Origin: Octopus vulgaris
Taxonomy: Eukaryota
Direction of reading: 5' to 3'
DNA: 64,000 nucleotides
Assembly (NCBI GenBank): GCA_951406725.2
Contig: OX597821.1
Span: 69,688,001 to 69,752,000 of the forward strand
Positions within the stretch are counted from its first letter, which is position 1; each line of letters opens with the position of its first letter. This document shows positions 1-11,675 of the stretch, one piece after another. Below the pieces are notes generated by a model. It was not told the DNA's origin. It worked only from the letters and a program-made list of their open reading frames with translations, and ran no database searches. The translations under genes were made by a program, and so were the position numbers.

Positions 1-375
1 TTCACTCCAACATATGTTTGAATCAATGTCTTTCACCCTCGAAAACATTCAAACGTTCATTTCCCACTCAATTCTCTTTTTTAGATATTAACACAAATCT
101 GTTTTTTCTTTTCCCCCTCTGAGCAATCATTTCACACAAATATTTGCACATTTTCTGTATTCACTTGTAACATTGCTCTGTCTAACAATCCTATCCGTTT
201 TAATGCAACAATATAACACAGACACAAGTCGTCAGCCTCTTCATATTTTTCTCAGTTCTTTCTTCACTTCCTTTTTTTTTCTCTCTCCGTCGTTCGTTCT
301 CTAACTTTGGTCTTTCATTTTGCTCTTTCACCCTTTCTCTTCCGTTTTATTCATAACACTCCCTTTTCAATACCT

Positions 376-605
376 ATTTCTTTATTACCCACAAGGGGCC
401 AAACATAGAGGGGACAGATAAGGACAGACATAGGTATTAAGTCGATTACATCGACTCCAGTGCGTAACTGGTACTTTATTTATCGACCCCGAAAGGATGA
501 AAGGCAAAGTTGACCTCGGCGAAATTTGAACTCAGAACGTAACGGCAGACGAAATACCCCTAAGCATTTCACCCGGCGTGCTAACGATTCTACCAGCTCG
601 CCGCC
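376..605 (-). mobile_element. tRNA-derived SINE, family 1, full length
   Basis: Minus strand begins GGCGGCGAGCTGGTAGAATCGTTAGC (A box) with GAGTTCAAAT B box; 12-bp TSD ttttcaatacct at 364-375 and 606-617; several similar copies in the window. Confidence 0.92.
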
Positions 606-1682
606 TTTTCAATACCTGCCTCGACGTCTACACTTTCTCGCACAGTTTTCTTATATCTATTTCATACTTTTTTCTTTACTCTTTATACTGTATTTTTTCT
701 TATTTTTATGATGACATGCACGACCATGCTGCATTTAAAATGGCGCATTGACATGTACACACCGTCTACACAAAGTATGTAAACGGTAAATCGTCATAAC
801 TTGCTTGTTCATTCATAACACGTTCCAGCAGATTTCGCCCTGAATATGTTAATGAACGTCTCATCTCAGAACAACTTCTCCTTAATGACGAACAATGTAC
901 TTGTAAAGTAATTCGATTCATTAGTGCAAGGGACTTTGGGACACCCGTTGTTTTGACGCGTTAGTTAGCCAAAAGTACCCGGGATTAACAGATCTCACAA
1001 ACGTTTGGCTCTTGTTTACAAATTTAACAAATAAACTGATTACTTCTTCCTTCTGATATCCATCCATCGATATTAAATCGTTATACGCCTGGTGAACAGC
1101 AAGAATCAAAACGACGATTTGCATATTTATACAGAATATGTTCCGGCAGATTCGAGCGTCAATGTACTAATTACCGTTGTGTTTCGTCACAGAACAAATC
1201 GTTTGCTATGAATATATATATATTTATAACCATTCGATTCATTAGTGCAAGAACCTTAAAAGGGGACATCTTTGTAATTGCCGGAGAAATAGCAGCAAAA
1301 CAACCTCCAGCGACACTTCAAATGGATCCCTTTGAAACTGTCTTCCTAGTATCTGTGCACCTGGGAAAATGACAAGAAGAGCTAACCTGGGAATAAAGAA
1401 CAGAACCAACATTCTACAATATGAGAATGTTTTCAGCTGTTCGTTGGACCTGCTAGAAATAGCAGCCAAATCACTCTGAAAATACAGGCTTAAAAAGGGA
1501 GGAAAACAGTCGATGCTATGTCATAAAATATGAAAATCAGAATGGCCATGAGATGAACTGAAGCTAAATTACAACAACATCAACAATATGAATACATTGT
1601 AAATAAAATAATAAGAAACCTATGAGAATATAAATTGCTTCAAATGGCCACTTGCTCTCTCGCCCCCTTTACCCCTCATTCT

Positions 1683-1689
1683 ATGTGTG

Positions 1690-1745
<56 letters not shown>

Positions 1746-1945
1746 TACGTGTGTACTTAAGTATATATTTTTAGCGATACACACATATACATTTGCGTGT
1801 GTGCATTTGTATGTGCGTGTGCATATGCACATGCATATTTATGCATATATATATATGCATTTGTGTATATGAGTATATATATATATATATATATAAATAC
1901 ACAGGCGTGTGTGTATGTGTGTGTACATGTGTGTGTGTGTGTTCA
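1683..1945. repeat. (TG)n/(TA)n compound microsatellite
   Basis: Directly visible. Confidence 0.95.
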
Positions 1946-2695
1946 GATATACACAGAAAGATTAGCCTGCGGGAGAGATATACCCGAAGCAGTATTGGTA
2001 AGGATTCAATTAAAAGCATTCTGGGATGTACGACAGCTACTGCTGTTAACGTTGCTGCTTCTGCACCAATACCGTCCCTCCTCCTTTATCACACCCACCA
2101 CTAATACTACTACCACAACTGCCACCATCACTACAACAATCATCGCCAAAATTCCCACCAGCACCAGCACCACCACAACTATAATCACAACCACCACTAT
2201 CATACTCTAAAAGAACCCCAACATTTCTACTAAAAACACCAACAACACCAAACCCATTAGCGTACTTCTGCATATCCCGCCGGGTGTGTGTCTATACGAA
2301 ACTTTTACAGAAGAGAGAAGAGGAGGAAGAGAGAGAGAGAGATTGTTAGTTAGGTGTGGCCCACCAAAAAACTGCTGCATCTCTTCGGTTATTATTCCAA
2401 TTGGCCAGACTGGTCTGGGGCAGCCAAATGGCCGAATTATTTGGCACTTTTCTACATTTTCTACTCTCTTACTTGTTTCAAACATTGACTCCTAGAACTT
2501 CGAGTCAGTTGTCTATGGCGGACGTAAAGAAACTAACACCGGTTGCCAAGATTTGGAAGAAGAAACACAAACACATGTACACACACGAGCACACACAGGT
2601 GCACACAAGCACATACATAAACACACATGCGTATATGCACGCACACATACGCACCTATACGCACGCGAACACACACACACATATGTATATACTTT

Positions 2696-3590
2696 TTTTT
2701 TTCAGTCGAAGGACCGCGACCATGCTGGGGCACCGCCGTTTCCTTTGCTACACTTCCACTAATCCTCCTCTTGTATGTGACATTTGGTGGATGATGGAGT
2801 TTGATACTGCTGCCCTCATCTATGTTTCTTGCCTTGAGGTAGGTTCATCCGGAACTCTTGACTGAAGAAGATCCAATTTTGTTTTGAAAAAGGCGACATC
2901 TACGCTATGCAGGTCCCTCAGTTTATTTGGGAGGATATTGAAGAGCTGTGGGCCTTTGAAGCCCAAGCTGTTGCAATATCTGGTCCTGGATCCTGATGGC
3001 AATGTTGGGACCTTTGGTACTATGCAGTGGCACCCCGTCCTGCTGTTTATGTAGCTGACAATGCCAAAGTTTGGCACAAGTTTTTCTAGTATTTTCCAGA
3101 TGTATATTACAGCATATCTCTCCTGCCTTCGCTTCAGGGAGTAGAATCATAACTCGTTCAGTCTCTCCCATTTGCTGATATGTTGCATTGTGCTGATTTT
3201 CTTTATGTAGCTTTATTGGGTCGCTTCGAGTTCCGTCGTTAATTTTACACTGTTTGGTGACCACAGTTGATCAACAGTAATCCAGACGACGTCTTAAAGA
3301 GGAGGTTTCATTTTCTCTTGTTTCGAAAGTTCAAAGGATCCATCCGGCCAAGTGTCTGCATTTTATAACCGACTTGGTAATGTGTACCTGGAAATATGCA
3401 TCATTACTCATGTTGATGCCGAGGTCACGCACTGATTTTAATTTAGGGATTGGAATCCCTCCTGGGTCAGTATATCTTATCTGATTTTTCACTGGGCTTC
3501 CTGTGTTGGTAGCGCAGGGCTTGGAACCTTCCAGCATTCAACTGCTTGTTATTTTCCTCAGGCCACCTGTATATTGCGTCCAACTCACTT
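2696..3590 (-). mobile_element. CR1/L2-type LINE 3' fragment (decayed ORF2 C-terminus + 3' UTR)
   Basis: Peptides SVRDLGINMSND, GPQLFNILP..LRDL..FKTKLD; homologous to 33060-34315; shared 3' end ggcggtgccccagcatgg. Confidence 0.88.
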
Positions 3591-3632
3591 AGAACTCAAA
3601 ATATTAGAATATGTCTAGGATCTAATTAATAT

Positions 3633-3704
3633 TTAACAGAAGCAGCAGAGTGACTCAAGGACCGAGAGTTTCGTGCATCGCACGAACTCTGTTGCTTCTG
3701 CTAA
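3633..3704. repeat. Small fold-back remnant with half hammerhead motif
   Basis: Arms 3633-3651/3686-3704, inner hairpin ttcgtgc-atc-gcacgaa; minus strand reads stem-GAAAC-tctcg-GTC. Confidence 0.6.
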
Positions 3705-4592
3705 TTATATATGTATATATATGTGTGTGTGTTTGTGTGTATGTGTGTGTGTATATATAATTATGTGGCAATGCTTCAAGAAATAGAAAGGTACTCGATC
3801 AACTAATATATATATATACATATGTGTTTATATGTGTTTGTGTGTGACAGAGAGAGATAGAGAGGGGAGTGTATGTACTTACTACTATAGTCTGGGACTA
3901 TTGTAGAAACTACACATCCTAGGGGCTGCGTATTGGGACGAAGCGGAAATCACGAGGCTGAGAAGCGATCTTCTGGACTTCAGAGTAATTCTTGCCCCTG
4001 TATCTAGTTTTGAGCTATCTCATCAACCATGGCCAATCTTCAACGTTTTCTGTTCACAGCCTTTTTCGGTCCAACATTTACACGCAATTATTTATAATTT
4101 CGTCAGACTTACATCAAAGGAGTCCACCTTTGATGATGCAAGTCTGATGCAGTACCACTAAAACCGTAAATATTACTTTGTAAATTTTCACTTCAAACTG
4201 GTGTTGCAAACTGAGTTGCGACAGATACAATTTTAACAAATCATTAACGATGTGTTAAAGGATTTCTTTGTCTTATTCGGATTATAGTTTACTCCTCGCT
4301 ACACCGACAGAACGGTCTTACATGTACGTGTGGGCCTGTTCTTAAAGGTCAGCCAAGGAAAATCGCAAGTGTAACCAACCTTGAAGAATAAATCAACAGT
4401 ACAAAGAAATGAAATGCCAATCCCTTTAACAGTAGCAAAGCCACCATCTCACTCCATCCATACATTCAAAGCAGTTTGCCAACGGACTTTCAACCACAGC
4501 ACATCTCTTGACATACTCAGTGGCTACTACTAATTCCAGGCCACGACAGATCGATAGGATGCTCTTGAAGCCGAGAATTTGAGTTTAAAGGA

Positions 4593-5288
4593 TGGCGAAG
4601 GAAGAATCCTTTTGGATTAATCCTGAAATCGGTCCGATTCGGGGATAACGAATTTTAAAAATTTATGTTAGCTTGCCCCTCCTTCTTTCAACACGTTGTG
4701 TATTTATTGTGAAAAATTTTGTATGTGGTTAGACGATCTAAAATTTATTTTTCAGCATATTGGCACAGAAAATATTTTTCTTTTGCCCTTATTTATAATT
4801 GCTTATTTATAATTTTCACCTTAAAATGTATTCTAATATTCTGGCCCCTGATCAGATTTTATTTTTTTGAAAAATGTTATCCTTAGAAGTAAATTTATTA
4901 CCATTCACTTCGGGACTAGCAATCACTTTACATGAGATTCCTGACCGACTACACGTGTGTTGAGGCTTGCTACAGGATTTTCTGTTTGGATATATTTGGG
5001 GTACTTAAATGTACACATGACTTTGCATCTGCTTTTTCCGTGGGTACATGTAAGTATTCATTTATTCTTATCGTGTTCTTCGCTGATGAAGGAAGAATTC
5101 TTTTCGATTAATCCAGAAATCGGTCTCATTCGGAGATAACGGAATTTCAACAATTTCTGTTAGCTTACTTTCCTTGTTTCAACACGCTGTGTATTTATAA
5201 AGAAAAATATTGTATGTGGTTAGACGATCTAAAGTCTATTTTTCTGCATATTGGCATAGAATTTTTTTTATTTTGCCCTTATTTATAA
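4593..5288 (+). mobile_element. Two ~205-bp direct repeats (PLE pLTR-like), each starting with a decayed hammerhead
   Basis: 4593-4798 aligns to 5084-5288 (offset ~491); CTGATGA 5083-5089, GAAATCGGTC at 5116-5125 and 4625-4634. Confidence 0.75.
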
Positions 5289-5303
5289 AATATCTATAAA
5301 CGT

Positions 5304-5539
5304 TTCCTGCTCGAGTCATGCCAGGTTCACGAGAGCCGGATTCCCGATTTCAATGGCGTATAAATTCCCCACCAGGACGGTCCAGCGCAGGGTTACTCAT
5401 TTTGCCAGTTGAGTGTACTGGAGCAACGTGAAATGAATTGTTTTGCTCATAAACAGAACGCATCGCCCGGCCCAGGGATCGAAATTCCAAGGTTAGGATC
5501 ATGAGTCCAACACCCTAACCACTAAGCCATGCGCCTCCG
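5304..5539 (-). mobile_element. tRNA-derived SINE, family 2
   Basis: Minus strand GGAGGCGCATGGCTTAGTGGTTAGGGTG..TTCGATCCC; decayed plus-strand copy at ~37875-38110. Confidence 0.85.
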
Positions 5540-5540
5540 C

Positions 5541-6090
5541 ATAATGTCAAGATGAGCTAGTCCTACTTAGACAACATCGCATCTAACCTGGCACGCATTA
5601 ACAGGCATAAAAATGTACCCACACTACTCCAATCCTAACCTGCCGAAACCCCACCATGTGCCCTCTAGAAGGATCCTGTCTCTCAAGAGCTGTGGTATAC
5701 AGAGCCATTCTTACGTCATCCGATGGCATTACTGGGGACTATACAAGTATGATAGTTAATCACTTCAAGGGAAGATACTCCAAGTATATGCACTCTTTCA
5801 GATTCAGAGACAGAGAGAACTCTACTTCCCTGTCTCGTTTTCTGTGGAGGCTCCATGACCTCCGAGACGAAACATCGAGAATCAAGTGGACTATTGTCGA
5901 CAGAGCGCCACCATATTCACTTATTGGCCTCAACTGCCAGCTCTGCCTCCGCGAAAAACTGATTATCCTCCAACATTCTGCAGAACCCATCAACAAGAAA
6001 TACGTTTTAGTTTATTACTATCATCAGAGGTACGCCCTTCAGGCAAATTTCAAGCCTCTGACTACCGACAACCCAAATATACCACCTTAG
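5541..6090 (+). pseudogene. Penelope-like element linker + GIY-YIG endonuclease remnant
   Basis: CRNPTMCPLEGSCLSRAVVY..TSLSRFLW..IKWTIVDRAPPY..CQLCLREKLII aligns by eye with the C-terminus of ORF 53173-55068. Confidence 0.88.
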
Positions 6091-6345
6091 TACCAGCTTC
6101 CATTCTGCACCGCCTGCACTAAAGTCACCGTCACCAACCAACACCATGAGCAAGAGCGCTGATTACCAATCCCCAACGATTATCAAATCCCAACTCTTAC
6201 CAACCCCCAACACTTGTTACGCGCATGTATACTCATAGATGTACGCGTGAGTACGCATGTGCACGCGCACACTAATATGCATGCGTATATACATAGGTAC
6301 ATATAAATGAATACCCATGTGTGTGTATGCATGTCTGTGTATATG

Positions 6346-6386
<41 letters not shown>

Positions 6387-6705
6387 ATGCGCGCGTATGT
6401 TCGTTCATATGTTCGTTCATATATGCGGGGGCGTGTACGTGCCCATGTACAGATGCGCACCATCACATCAATACAGACATGGACGCAAAACCATATGAGC
6501 GCGCCCACACGCATCCAACAATCCAACCAATTTCCTCTCCTCTACGCGGTCGATTTCTTGTTCACCATGCGATATTTTCCCACTAACTCTTGTCGCTGAT
6601 ATACCGATATGCCAACATCAAACCACGACACCACGTGACCATCCTCGACCAATCGCCGCCCACCTAACAGTAATAACAATCAACTTCTTTCATTCAAATT
6701 CAAAA

Positions 6706-6745
6706 TGGCTGAAGAATAGCATTACACTTGAAACTCAGAGTACCA
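6706..6745 (+). ncRNA. Decayed minimal hammerhead motif downstream of the PLE remnant
   Basis: tgg-CTGAAGA-14 nt-GAAAC-tcaga-GTA-cca; stem II pairs poorly. Confidence 0.6.
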
Positions 6746-6915
6746 ACGAATCTGAATCAAACAGTTCCGATCCAATTATATATATATATATATATAAACA
6801 CAAAACATATAGAAATAAACAGTCGACAACTGAGGAGGTGTTAGGCTTCTTTTGGTATTTTGTCCCGTACTTGACTCTCGTTGGTGATGTCCTGTACTTG
6901 ATATGTATTTTTTCG

Positions 6916-6958
<43 letters not shown>

Positions 6959-6969
6959 TATATGCATAC

Positions 6970-7540
6970 ACACGAGGCGTACCCAAAATAAGCCAGAAAC
7001 GTTCTGTGTGGAACAAGCCCGTTGTAGTTCACGCCTCCGTTGCTAGAAGCCGCTTGTTTCAACCCCCAAGCATCAGTTTACTGACTGTTGTCATCGGATG
7101 TAGTCGCACCGCCACGTGATACGTCTTTGGTTTGTTCTTCTCCTCTGTTCATAGATCTTTGAGATGATTGAAACGAAGGAACTGAAAACGGCACCCAAAA
7201 TCGTTGTCATGCTTCAAACGGCTTACAAGGACGCTGCCATGAGGAAAACACAAGTCTATGAGTGGTTTCTAGGCTTTAGGAATGGTCACTTGAAGACCAA
7301 CATCGTTCAGGGTGATCCTCGACCTCCCGAACGAATGAAAACATCATGAAAATTCATTAAGTCACCAAATAATTGACTGGTGTGTCCTGGAGCACCTGCC
7401 AACGAATTTTGAGTGAAGAATTGGGAATGAAAACAGTTGCAGCAAAATTTATGCCTCGCTTACTCACGGAAGATCAAAAACAGTCATGGCTGAATGCGTG
7501 TCACGAACTGAAAGGACAGTTGGAAGTTGATTCGGACCTT
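6970..7540 (+). mobile_element. mariner transposon 5' fragment
   Basis: KTQVYEWF..FRNG; STCQRILSEELGMK..AKFMPRLLTEDQK. Confidence 0.88.
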
Positions 7541-7692
7541 TCTTTCAGTTTCCGTGTACCAAATCCACTCAAAAGGCATTGGTCGGCCCGGGGCTATAGC
7601 AGAAGACACTTGCCCAAGATGCCACGCAGTGGGACTGAACCTAGAACCATGTGGCTGGTTAGCAAGCTACTTACCACACAGCCACTCCTGCG

Positions 7693-7696
<4 letters not shown>
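7541..7696 (-). mobile_element. SINE family 3, tRNA-like 5' part
   Basis: Minus strand GTGGCTGTGTGGTAAG..GGTTCAGTCCC..CTTGGGCAAGTGTC; related pieces at ~3885-3975, 11700-11830, 31125-31257. Confidence 0.85.
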
Positions 7697-7745
<49 letters not shown>

Positions 7746-7833
7746 AAATATTATTAGAGACCACTATTTTGCAAAACAAACAAGGAAAGACTTAATCAAT
7801 ACATAAAATTTTAATAAATAGTCAAAAAAACCG

Positions 7834-7876
7834 CCACTACAATCGTTTCTTGTCTTGATCGACAATCTTCAGGTGG
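7834..7876 (-). ncRNA. Minimal type I hammerhead ribozyme (mirror copy)
   Basis: Exact reverse complement of 7922-7964. Confidence 0.85.
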
Positions 7877-7921
7877 ACTTCAATAAGTCAGTTTCATAAT
7901 TTGAAACTGACTTATTGAAGT

Positions 7922-7964
7922 CCACCTGAAGATTGTCGATCAAGACAAGAAACGATTGTAGTGG
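7922..7964 (+). ncRNA. Minimal type I hammerhead ribozyme
   Basis: ccac-CTGAAGA-ttgtc(gatcaa)gacaa-GAAAC-gatt-GTA-gtgg; complete core, stems I and II perfectly paired. Confidence 0.88.
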
Positions 7965-8139
7965 CGGTTTTTTTGACTATTTATTAAAATTTTATGTATT
8001 GATTAAGTCTTTCCTTGTTTGTTTTGCAAAATAGTGGTTTTGTCTCTAATAATATTTTATAATATTTTACTATAAAATTGGATTTAATCCTAAATCTGAT
8101 TTTTTTCCCTGTAATTTTGGATTTATTCCCTAATATTTA

Positions 8140-8209
<70 letters not shown>

Positions 8210-8210
<1 letters not shown>

Positions 8211-8370
8211 ACGTGAGGACGTGGGACAAGTTCAGTGTTATTGGACGCTCAGGAAAGGAAAGAAAAGAAAGAGGAGTTCCAGTTTCGAGCGGAGCTCTTC
8301 ATCAGAAAGAAGGGAAGACGGAGAAAGAAAATCGCCAACGATACACACGCGGTTACATACTGAAATGACC
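8210..8370 (-). mobile_element. Short TA-flanked element with hammerhead-like motif
   Basis: Minus strand CTGATGA-A-gagc(tcc)gctc-GAAAC at 8282-8305; cleavage triplet lost. Confidence 0.6.
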
Positions 8371-8391
8371 ATATATATATATATATATATA

Positions 8392-8682
8392 TTTCAATGG
8401 GTGAATGAATTATCCTATCTTTACCGTTAACATGGAAAATTCAATGAACCGTTACCAGGGTAGCAAATTCACGTCAGAAACACGGTTGAAGCGAACTATC
8501 CAAAGGTAAAAACTCCGGAGTTATCGTAATTGTTATAATGTCTTGTTGTTGAGAGTGGCTCTCTTTCTTTCCTGATGGGAAGATTGCATTTTACACCGTT
8601 TATTCCTTTGGAATAATACCATGTTATCTTCGAAACATACGTCGAAAGTAAAAGAATTTTATTAAAATCTTCGTTCAACTCC

Positions 8683-8686
<4 letters not shown>
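8392..8686. mobile_element. Family A pLTR-derived element between (TA)n tracts
   Basis: 8392-8520 is the inverted homologue of 48562-48712; 8530-8686 matches the HHR arm of the 48064-48712 element. Confidence 0.75.
8567..8648 (+). ncRNA. Hammerhead ribozyme, A9->G variant
   Basis: ctttc-CTGATGG-gaagat..atcttc-GAAAC-atac-GTC-gaaag. Confidence 0.75.
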
Positions 8687-8745
<59 letters not shown>

Positions 8746-9898
8746 CATATGAAATTATCCAAATCTCCATATTTCTGGGAGTGGTTTTATCCTTGAAACT
8801 CTTAACTCAGTTTCTTATGTATTTTCTTATTCTTCGACGATGCTCTTTTTGTCTTGAAGCTGCGAGGAAGCTAAAAGCTGATGCCCAAACACTCACGTCT
8901 GAGTACATTGCATCTTACAGCAGTTAGAACGGTAAACATAGGAAGTTCGTCGCATAATTTCCTTCGTCTTTTATTTAATATTATTTTTATTTTTTGTTCT
9001 GTACTCAACGAACGCTTTATTCTGAAGCATAAGGATATTATTGAGTTATAGCAAGTTATTAGTATCGCTATCTTTAAGTGAAACAATTGGATGTGTGCGT
9101 GGGTCTTTGTGTGTATATACGTATGTGTTTGTGTACGTGTATGAGTCTGTGTATAAATGCATACACAGATTTATGAATGTATCTCATACATATTTAGAAT
9201 GTACAAATATGTACAGCAACTTATACAGAACTGCCTAAGGAATGATGCCATACATTATAAATGCGTGCGTTGATGGGTGTTTCCCCATCTTCATTTATTC
9301 TTTCTTTCTTTCAAAATAACCTTTTCTAATAATTTTTACCCCGAAGAATGGCATCAATACCATGACTAGCAGCTTTCTTTGAAACTCTCAGGAAGCAGCG
9401 CTATTATCGAGACGTTTATAATGGCAAGAGATATAACGGGCTTCGTTGCCAATGTATCATTTCTAAACAAACGTGAATATTGAGTATGCATATTTTTCTA
9501 ATAGATGACATGATAGATTGTAATAATGTGTGTAACAAGGCGTAAAAGCAATGTGTGAACAAAAAGATAAATAAATAAATAAGGTTCGATATATTGCTTA
9601 TTCAGGTGAATGAAGTTGTAGCTGTTCTATTATTCTTCTTTTATCCATTAGCTATTTCAGCTATCGGACTGCGACCAAGCTGGTGCACTAGCCTGGAGTT
9701 ATTATTATTTCTGTTATTTCATCTGTAGACAGACAGGTGCCCACAGATGAAACTGGGGATACCAAGAGGATGACTCGACCCAAATAAAATATCGTTAAAC
9801 CCTACCATGATAGTGAGTACTCTTTTTCCGAAAGTTAATTCTAAACGGACACACACACACAAAAACACACACACATATGCATATATACATATGTATAC

Positions 9899-9954
<56 letters not shown>

Positions 9955-9956
<2 letters not shown>

Positions 9957-10656
9957 ACAAAATTAAGAGGAATGACCACTAAAGTGGACACCTAATATGC
10001 TAAACATAGACGTCAAATCGCCATTACCACGAAGAATGTGTTCTGAAGGAAAAACGCCAAAATGTAAAAATGAGCAAGGCAAATGAAAATATATGAAATA
10101 AAAAACGATTACCTACGCACCATTGGTTTCACTTGTTAATACCTACGTATGCAAACACGCAAATATCTGCAAGATCGTCAGCGTAGTCTGTCGCTTACAA
10201 AACACAATTTCCAGAACTAGATACAGAACGCTCAACCGAAATCGATCATGTATAAAGTTCTACAAATTATATTTGGGTGTATTTTTCAAATGTCTTCGCA
10301 AATAAAAAATATGTTCTCTAACTAGAGAATTGAACTGCTGAAATTTATTAAGTGCAGAGTAATTTCCGACCTCAGCGCGCGAAAGTGAAGACATTTGAAA
10401 AATACACCCAAATATAACGTGGAGAACTTTATACATGCTCGATTTCAGTTGAGCATTCTGTATCTAATTCTGGAAATTGTGTTTTGTAAACGACAGACTA
10501 CGCTGACGATCTTGCAGATATCTGCTTGTTTGCATACGTAGATATTAACAAAACTATGGTACACAGGTAATAGTTTTTTTATTTCGTATATTTTCATTTG
10601 TCTTGCTCATTTTTACATTTTAGCATTTTTGCTGAATTTTTTCTTGAGAACACACT
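9955..10656. mobile_element. Family B fold-back element with decayed hammerheads in both arms
   Basis: Diverged inverted arms ~10035-10297/10387-10655; minus ctacg-CTGACGA..GAAAC-caatg-GTG-cgtag (10113-10186); plus copy 10498-10566. Confidence 0.82.
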
Positions 10657-11675
10657 CGGTCGAAAGAGATGAAGATCTGACGGCGCCAATTCTGGAGAGT
10701 ATGGAGGGTGAGGTAGCAATTCCCGTTTGAGTTCTTGAATCGCGGCTTTGGTCATATTGACTGGCATTGGCGTGTTGCAGAAGAATGCTATTTCGTCTAT
10801 TCGGTCTTTTTTAGTCGTTGCAGTTGTTGCTGTTGTTGAATGTAGAACTTTATATTGAGTGTTTAGCTGCGCTAAAGTAGTCCTTAATGAATTATGCCTT
10901 CCCAGCTTCACAATACACACAACATGGGTCTTTCGAGGACGGAAGTTTTGTTTTGCTTGCGGAGTTGCTTGTTTGTCGGTGTTGAGTCATTCTTTTCACT
11001 GCTTCATATTGACGTAAAGGCACCATTTTTCACAGCCGGTAACAATTCAGTAAAGAAACGATGTTTGTGACCATGTGTTGAGCGATGTCGAACGAGCAAA
11101 CTGGCGGCGATTGTGATGCGTTAATTATTGTTGTTTTCGCTCAAAGTGTGTGGCACCCAAGCACCGAGTTTCTTAATCTTCTCCATTGAGTGAAGGTAGG
11201 TCACCACAGATTTTTTTTTTTATCACAATCCATCTGCTCCGCCAATTCTTTGCTCGTTTGACGTAGATTTTAGTGAAGAAGTTGATTCAATCACTCTTCA
11301 GCGAACTCAATTGGTCGATCGGTGTTTGACCCGTCCTTGAGGTCAAAATTGCCATTTTTGAAGCGTGAATAACCAACGGCTGGCGGTACTTTGAGCCATT
11401 TCTCCTTCATACACGACACAAATATCATGAGCAGCTTCAACGGCCTTAACACCTCGATTAAATGCAAAAAGCAAATGGTGTCGAAAATGCTGTTTTGTCC
11501 ACTCGACACTCCATATTAATTATCTGAAAATACACAAAAGTCCATAAAATTAATAAATCAAAACACACTGTATTGTAGAGCAAAAAATCCTCTTTTAGGT
11601 AACTTAAAACAATTTTTAAATATTTAAAAAAGAAAAAAGAAACAAACGCTCATGAATTATTCCTCAGCACCATAT
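10657..11675 (-). mobile_element. mariner transposon remnant
   Basis: LPHPPYSPELAPSDLHLFR; RFKNGNFDLKD..RPIEF. Confidence 0.9.

Larger units (their letters stand above)
7743..8145. mobile_element. Fold-back non-coding PLE-derived element between (TA)n tracts
   Basis: Arms 7743-7896/7902-8060 (perfect over 7760-7896, one 5-bp indel), 5-nt loop; HHR in each arm. Confidence 0.9.

Noticed and set aside
6797-6918. TA-flanked insert with GAAAT..GTC-gacaa-CTGAGGA (permuted HHR?)
   Set aside because: Only 5 nt available for stem I and no closing stem II; cannot be folded
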